This document shows, piece after piece, positions 6,550 through 11,389 of a stretch of DNA of 11,389 nt (the stretch's first letter is position 1; each line of letters opens with the position of its first letter). The notes under the pieces are model-generated. The model saw nothing but the letters and a program-made list of their open reading frames with translations, had not been told where the DNA came from and did not search any database. This DNA comes from a bacterium (GTDB taxonomy: Bacteria > RBG-13-61-14 > DATKZS01): NCBI GenBank assembly GCA_046484135.1, contig JAWOBU010000056.1:1-11389 (forward strand). The letters run 5' to 3'. A program made the translations under genes and the position numbers.

Positions 6550-8346
6550 TCATTGGAAGTATCCCAGTGCCCGAAAGTCGCCCACCGACACTGGCAGCTT
6601 CTGGTCCGCGTCCGGCGAGGTCTCCGGGTTGTCTTTGTCCCACCTTTCAAAGACGCTCCTCATCTTCCGGGCCGCTTCCGGCTTTTTCTGCGCCAGGTCG
6701 TTTTTCTCGTCCGGGTCTTTGGAAAGATCGTAAAGCTCTTCGTAGCCCGACCGATTGCCGATCCATTTCATGTTTCCTTTTATTACTCCGTGTAGCGGCT
6801 CCTTGCATTGGGGAAGCGGACCGCCCTCTGGTAGCCATCTTTCGAAAAACACGGCTTCCTTTGATGGACGCTTGTTTCCGGAGATGAGGGGCACCAGGGA
6901 CTTGCCGTCTTTTTCCCGCAAGTCCGAGAGTCCTGTAAGGTCGAGGAGGGTAGGAGCGAGGTTCACTGTGGACACGCGAGGCCTGACGGTCCTGCCGGCC
7001 GGCACGCCTTTGCCGTACATGAGCCAGGGCACCCGCAGGTTCTCCTCGTAGATAAAGTCGTAATGGCCGAAGCCATAGGGATATCGGTCTTGTATTTCCC
7101 CTAAAAGCTCGCCGTGGTCGCCCACAAAAACCCAGGTCAGGGAGGAAGACTTCCCGAAAAGCCGCTCTGCAAAGCTGAAGAGTTTTTGCATCTCATGATC
7201 GGTGTAAAAAATCTCGCCTTCGTAAAGAGACCGGTAATCCGATATCTCTTCTTCGGACAAAGCGTTTTTATTTTTAAGCCAGACCGGCGCGTCCCCCCGG
7301 CTGTTTACTCCGGGAGCGAACTTGTCGCGATATTTTCGAGGGGGATAAAAGGGCAGATGAGGGTCCCAGTAATGGACCCACAGAAAAAAAGGCCCGCTCC
7401 GATGCTCTCGCATGTATAACGCCGCCCGCCGGGTGGCCTCGCTCGCGGGCGTGTCTAAAGCCCGCACCTCGGGACAGCTTATGTAATGAAAGCCCGGCAC
7501 ATTAAGTTCAGCAGGGTTGAGTCGCACCCGCGAGGTAATCGCCGCAGTGTGATACCCGTGGTCGGAAAACACCCGGCCTATGGAATCAATCTTCGGGTAG
7601 GAAGCGGGGTAGCCGTTAAAAATAACGCCGGTGCCGCGAGGATAAAGACCGGAAAGCATGGACACGTGAGAAGGGTCTGTAACCGGAGCAGAAGCATAAG
7701 CTCGGCTGAATCGCACTCCCTTTGCCGCGATCTCGTCCAAAAATGGCGAGGTCCCCCTTTCATGACCGTAACAGCCCAGGTAATCCGACCGAAGGGTGTC
7801 TATGGTAACCAGCACAACTCCCTCGGCCTTTTTCGGCTGACGCTCCGAAAAGTAAAGCCATACAAAAAGGACCACCACAAACAACAACGCCGCTCCGGCG
7901 CGCGCATAAGGCCTTCTTTTCGGCAGGATTACCACTGCCGCCACCGCCACCATAATAAGCGAAAACAAGAGGGAGAAGCCGATCCTTGCCAGGACCTCGG
8001 CACCCTGGTTATACACGTTCAAAGGCGGAATGAATAACAACAGGAAAAACAAGGCCAAAGCCGGGTAAGCCAGAAAAGGCAGCGGCCGCAGAAACAGGGA
8101 AGCGAGCCGGGGCACGGGATTCCTTCTTCCGGCAGAGGAGACAGCCACCTCGGCCAGGATAAAGATACCCGCCAGAAAAACGCCGCCGCCCGCACCCGCG
8201 GCAACAAACACCGCCCGCCACCAAAAGCCGCTTTTCAAGGGCACGCCAAACGCCCAGAGCACCGTGCTTATGAAAACTCCGGTGCCCGCTCCCGCAATCA
8301 GATGTACCGCCCGCCTCCGTTCCATGCTGGGTCTTGCCGAAGACAT
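6550..8346 (-). CDS. Membrane-anchored sulfatase-like hydrolase/transferase (alkaline phosphatase superfamily), 598 aa
   Basis: About five N-terminal hydrophobic segments, then VVLVTIDTLRSDYLGCYG, SAPVTDPSHVSMLSGLYP, FFLWVHYWDPHLP, YEGEIFYTD, VGDHGE, HYDFIYEENLRVP, ELYDLSKDPDE and a terminal RALGY. Confidence 0.9.
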   Translation of the reverse strand: MSSARPSMERRRAVHLIAGAGTGVFISTVLWAFGVPLKSGFWWRAVFVAAGAGGGVFLAGIFILAEVAVSSAGRRNPVPRLASLFLRPLPFLAYPALALFFLLLFIPPLNVYNQGAEVLARIGFSLLFSLIMVAVAAVVILPKRRPYARAGAALLFVVVLFVWLYFSERQPKKAEGVVLVTIDTLRSDYLGCYGHERGTSPFLDEIAAKGVRFSRAYASAPVTDPSHVSMLSGLYPRGTGVIFNGYPASYPKIDSIGRVFSDHGYHTAAITSRVRLNPAELNVPGFHYISCPEVRALDTPASEATRRAALYMREHRSGPFFLWVHYWDPHLPFYPPRKYRDKFAPGVNSRGDAPVWLKNKNALSEEEISDYRSLYEGEIFYTDHEMQKLFSFAERLFGKSSSLTWVFVGDHGELLGEIQDRYPYGFGHYDFIYEENLRVPWLMYGKGVPAGRTVRPRVSTVNLAPTLLDLTGLSDLREKDGKSLVPLISGNKRPSKEAVFFERWLPEGGPLPQCKEPLHGVIKGNMKWIGNRSGYEELYDLSKDPDEKNDLAQKKPEAARKMRSVFERWDKDNPETSPDADQKLPVSVGDFRALGYFQ

Positions 8347-8355
8347 CAGTTATTA

Positions 8356-8408
8356 AGTATATCAAGCAACAGCCCGTCTTGAAAACGGCAGTCGGGGCGG
8401 TTTACAAT
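8356..8408. promoter_or_regulatory. Back-to-back divergent sigma70 promoters (sulfatase-like gene / aminotransferase)
   Basis: Plus strand: TTGAAA (8379-8384), 18 bp, TACAAT (8403-8408). Minus strand: TGaTATACT (8364-8356) with TTCAAG (8383-8378) as a possible -35 at 16-bp spacing. Confidence 0.55.
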
Positions 8409-8464
8409 GAATATCCTGTAAGCCTCGCCGGCAGTATCCCCTTGCCGATGGGCAGGAGTAATAT

Positions 8465-9625
8465 ATGGACAAGCTGAAGGTATCCGGCCGGGCGGAGAAG
8501 ATGCCGCCCTTTCTGGTAGTTGACGTTATAGACCGTGCCGCGGAACTGCGCGCGCAGGGCGCGGACGTTATATCGCTTGCGGTGGGCGAGCCCGACTTCG
8601 ACACCCCGCAGTGCGTGGTCGAGGCCTCGGACCGGGCTTTGCAAAACTGCTGCACCCACTATACCCACTCGCTGGGCGTGCGCGAGCTCAGGGAGGCCAT
8701 CTGCGATGATTACCACGAACGCTACGGAGTTAAAGTAGACCCCGGCCAGGTGATAGTAACGCCGGGAACGTCCCCCGCCATGTTCCTGGTCTTCTCCGGC
8801 ATACTCGAGCCGGGCGAAGAGATCATTCTTACAGACCCCGGCTACCCCTGCTACCCGAACATGATCGAGTACGTGGGCGGGCGGCCGGTGCCCGTGCCGG
8901 TCTATGAAGAGGAAGGCTTCCAGTACCGGCCGGAGATGATAAAAGAGAGGCTTACCGACAAAACCCGGGCCATACTCATAAACTCGCCGTCCAATCCCAC
9001 CGGCAACCTTTTGTCTGCGGAGAGGATGGAAGAGATCGCCGGGCTTGGCCCGCTGGTGATTTCCGACGAGATCTATCACGGCCTGGTGTACGAGGGAGAG
9101 GAAAGGTCCATCCTCGAGTTTACCGACCAGGCCATCGTGCTGAACGGCTTTTCCAAGCGCTACGCCATGACCGGCTGGCGGGTGGGATACTGCATTGTGC
9201 CGCGGGATATGGTAAGGCCGCTCCAGAAGGTCCAGCAGAACTTTTTTATCTCGTCGGGGGACTTTGTGCAGTGGGCGGCCCTGGCTGCGCTCCGGGAGGC
9301 CGGGCCGGACGTGGAAAGGATGAGGGAGATTTACAACCAGCGGAGGAAGAAGATGCTCGCGGGCCTTCGCGAGCTCGGGCTCGGGGTTACGGTCGAGCCC
9401 ACCGGCGCTTTTTACATCCTGGCCAACGCCCGGCACCTGACGAATGACTCCCTCCAGTTCGCCATGGACATGCTGGACAAGGCGCATGTTGGGGTGGCCC
9501 CCGGCATAGACTTCGGCGAGAACGCCGAAGGATACCTGCGCTTTTCCTACGCCACCTCGGAGAAGAACATCGAGGAAGGGCTTTCGAGGATCGGGAGGTA
9601 CCTGGAGAAGGCTTGTAATACATGA
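8465..9625 (+). CDS. PLP-dependent aminotransferase class I/II (aspartate aminotransferase-like), 386 aa
   Basis: AGGAG at 8454-8458. Motifs VISLAVGEPDFDTP, HYTHSLG, DPGYPCY, INSPSNPTG, ISDEIY, NGFSKRYAMTGWRVGY (PLP lysine), PTGAFY, APGIDFG, YLRFSYA. Substrate cannot be assigned from motifs. Confidence 0.96.
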   Translation: MDKLKVSGRAEKMPPFLVVDVIDRAAELRAQGADVISLAVGEPDFDTPQCVVEASDRALQNCCTHYTHSLGVRELREAICDDYHERYGVKVDPGQVIVTPGTSPAMFLVFSGILEPGEEIILTDPGYPCYPNMIEYVGGRPVPVPVYEEEGFQYRPEMIKERLTDKTRAILINSPSNPTGNLLSAERMEEIAGLGPLVISDEIYHGLVYEGEERSILEFTDQAIVLNGFSKRYAMTGWRVGYCIVPRDMVRPLQKVQQNFFISSGDFVQWAALAALREAGPDVERMREIYNQRRKKMLAGLRELGLGVTVEPTGAFYILANARHLTNDSLQFAMDMLDKAHVGVAPGIDFGENAEGYLRFSYATSEKNIEEGLSRIGRYLEKACNT

Positions 9626-10590
9626 GAGAGAGCGACACAAAAGATAAAAAAAACTCCGCAGCACTAGTAGGCATCAAGCGTCCCCTGTTTATAATTCTAG
9701 TGGTTCTGGTTTCCGTCCTGGCCGGAGGTTTTTTTGTCCACCTGTTTTACCGCTCCCGGCTGGCAAGTCTTCAAGAGGACCACCGAAGGGAGCTGGTCCA
9801 AGTGAAAAACAAGCTTTCGGACAAGCGCGCCGAGTTTGTTAAAAAGGAGTTAGAAAAGGACAAGCTTCTTACCCGCATTCAAGAAATAGAAAAGATCAAT
9901 GAGCGTCTTAAAGAGAGAATTTCCCGCCTGGAAAAAGACCAGGCGCGTCGGATTGAGAAATCAGAAGAAAGATTGCAAGAGGCCCGGCAACTTCAGGTGC
10001 GGTTGCTTCGACCTAAAAAACCTCACGGCTCTATCAAGCCATTGCTTGCTCATAAGGCACTGTTTCAGCAATCCTTCTCGGATTGGTTCGAGATGTGGAA
10101 AAAAGTTTTGCCCGGGTTTGCATTGGATATATTTATCCGGCACAGTCGGGGCGAGATGAAGGACATCTTCCGGCCGCTGGAAAAGGACGGCGAGATATCT
10201 CCTTTCTTAAAGAAAATGATGGAGCACTGCATCCGGTCGCCTGACGGTACCCATTGCGTAACTCCCTACTTGTGCTGGGGAGAGGTAGATTCCTGCGTGG
10301 TGCTGATAGACTTGGAGAACAAGACATCGCGTAAGGTCACCGTCTGCGGGACCCCCTGCTCATTCGAGAACGCAGCATGGCTTGATAATAACAGGTTCGC
10401 AGTTGCAGGCACTTACGACCTGAATTCGGTCAAGAGTGAACTAAGATGGTTTGCAGAGATAGCGATTTACAACATTTCCAAAGACGCGTTCATCCGGTAT
10501 CATGGTCCAGGAGTATCTTCATCTCGTTTTAAAAAGTATCACCGCAAATTTTTGGAAGAAAAAAGGAAGGAGCTGGGCATGAAGTTTTGA
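9622..10590 (+). CDS. Hypothetical protein: N-terminal TM anchor, coiled coil, Cys-containing beta-rich C-terminal domain, 322 aa
   Basis: ATGA overlap with the aminotransferase stop. Hydrophobic LFIILVVLVSVLAGGFFVHLF, a K/E/L-rich heptad region, then SPDGTH...VVLIDLEN...CGTPCSFENAAWLDNNRFAVAG. It fills the gap between two clear genes. Confidence 0.8.
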   Translation: MRESDTKDKKNSAALVGIKRPLFIILVVLVSVLAGGFFVHLFYRSRLASLQEDHRRELVQVKNKLSDKRAEFVKKELEKDKLLTRIQEIEKINERLKERISRLEKDQARRIEKSEERLQEARQLQVRLLRPKKPHGSIKPLLAHKALFQQSFSDWFEMWKKVLPGFALDIFIRHSRGEMKDIFRPLEKDGEISPFLKKMMEHCIRSPDGTHCVTPYLCWGEVDSCVVLIDLENKTSRKVTVCGTPCSFENAAWLDNNRFAVAGTYDLNSVKSELRWFAEIAIYNISKDAFIRYHGPGVSSSRFKKYHRKFLEEKRKELGMKF

Positions 10591-10630
10591 ACTTTCCGCC
10601 CTTCCCTTATAACAAGGAGTAAAAGAAGTT

Positions 10631-11326
10631 ATGACCAAGAATCTCAAGAAAAAGTATGACGATCTTATTGACGACCTGTCCCGTGATGTTGACGACCGGT
10701 ACCGGGACTATCTTCTCGAAAAGCCCGAGACCCTGGTAGTGGACAACCTTGTCTTCGACATCGAGTACCTGGACAGCTACTACAACTGCGTGGGCTGCCG
10801 GCAGCGCAAAATCCGGTCTTTCTGTTGCCGGGAGCATGATCTCGAGCTTACCGACAAGGACATCGAGGTCATCGAGGACCTTCTTCCCGACCTGTACGAT
10901 TACTTCCCGAGCCTGCGCGAGACCATTCCGGACGAGGACTTCTGGGTATGGGGAGACGAGTTCGAAAAGATCATGCTTCGGAAGAGCTCGGGCGACTGCG
11001 TGTTCGTCCTTCCCGACGCCTCCGGCTGCATGATCCATAAATGGGCGCTGGAACAGGATGTCCGGCCATTGGACTACAAGCCTTACGTGTGCTCTCTCTA
11101 CCCGGTGGTGGTCGTGGTCATAGGCGACGACGTGGTCATAACCACGGTGAACGATGAGTCCGCCAAAATCCTCGACACCGGCGACCAGAAAACCAGCAGA
11201 TGCACGATAAAGAAAGGCGACCCCGAGAACCACACCATCATTCAGTCGCGGGAGATACTTCGCGAGATGTTCGGAGAAAAGGTCTACAAAAGGCTCTACG
11301 ACGAAATCTTCTCCAACAAAAAATAA
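10631..11326 (+). CDS. DUF3109 / YkgJ-like cysteine-cluster (putative Zn/Fe-S binding) protein, 231 aa
   Basis: CVGC-x8-CC, GDCVF, GCMIH and KPYVCSLYP motifs; AAGGAG at 10614-10619. Confidence 0.78.
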   Translation: MTKNLKKKYDDLIDDLSRDVDDRYRDYLLEKPETLVVDNLVFDIEYLDSYYNCVGCRQRKIRSFCCREHDLELTDKDIEVIEDLLPDLYDYFPSLRETIPDEDFWVWGDEFEKIMLRKSSGDCVFVLPDASGCMIHKWALEQDVRPLDYKPYVCSLYPVVVVVIGDDVVITTVNDESAKILDTGDQKTSRCTIKKGDPENHTIIQSREILREMFGEKVYKRLYDEIFSNKK

Positions 11327-11339
11327 CCGGAGCGTCCCC

Positions 11340-11389
11340 ATGAAAAAAACGGCGGCCTTGTTTTTACTGGTCCTCGCCGGACTGCTGGC
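11340..11389 (+). CDS. Probable start of an exported protein (truncated at window edge)
   Basis: GGAG at 11329-11332, then ATG at 11340 giving MKKTAALFLLVLAGLL, a typical signal-peptide n/h region. Only 16 codons are visible. Confidence 0.6.
   Translation, partial: MKKTAALFLLVLAGLL

Noticed and set aside
8402..9664. 420-aa minus-strand ORF (and similar long antisense ORFs 659-1333, 5334-6014, 3948-4643, 10607-11341)
   Set aside because: These are shadow frames opposite well-supported genes, as expected in high-GC coding DNA.
10587..10613. TTGAAC...TATAAC promoter before the DUF3109-like gene
   Set aside because: The spacer is only 15 bp and the -10 abuts the RBS, so it is too weak to call.
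1..11389. CRISPR array, tRNA/rRNA, transposase, integrase or defence system
   Set aside because: No regularly spaced repeats, cloverleaf motifs or matching protein motifs were seen.

Overview
High-GC bacterial chromosomal window, probably from an anaerobe (it carries a class 1-type hcp). It holds nine or ten genes: a truncated hybrid-cluster protein gene (hcp, minus strand, missed by the ORF track), yjbQ, a degenerate type I phosphomannose-isomerase-like cupin, a secreted GH2 hydrolase of the CsxA/exo-beta-D-glucosaminidase type, a UPF0104/LPG-synthase-TM membrane protein, a membrane-anchored Thr-type sulfatase-like enzyme, a class I/II PLP aminotransferase, an AT-richer TM/coiled-coil hypothetical protein, a DUF3109/YkgJ-like Cys-cluster protein, and the possible start of a secreted protein. 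I saw no transposase, integrase, CRISPR array, tRNA or rRNA. The most unusual items are (i) an unexplained 193-nt intergenic element (566-758) bounded by 33-bp imperfect inverted repeats, (ii) a PMI-like protein that appears to have lost its metal ligands and lies directly downstream of the GH2 gene, and (iii) an operator-like palindrome over the predicted hcp start site. All family calls come from motif recognition by eye; no searches were run. I cannot claim a new multi-gene system from this window.
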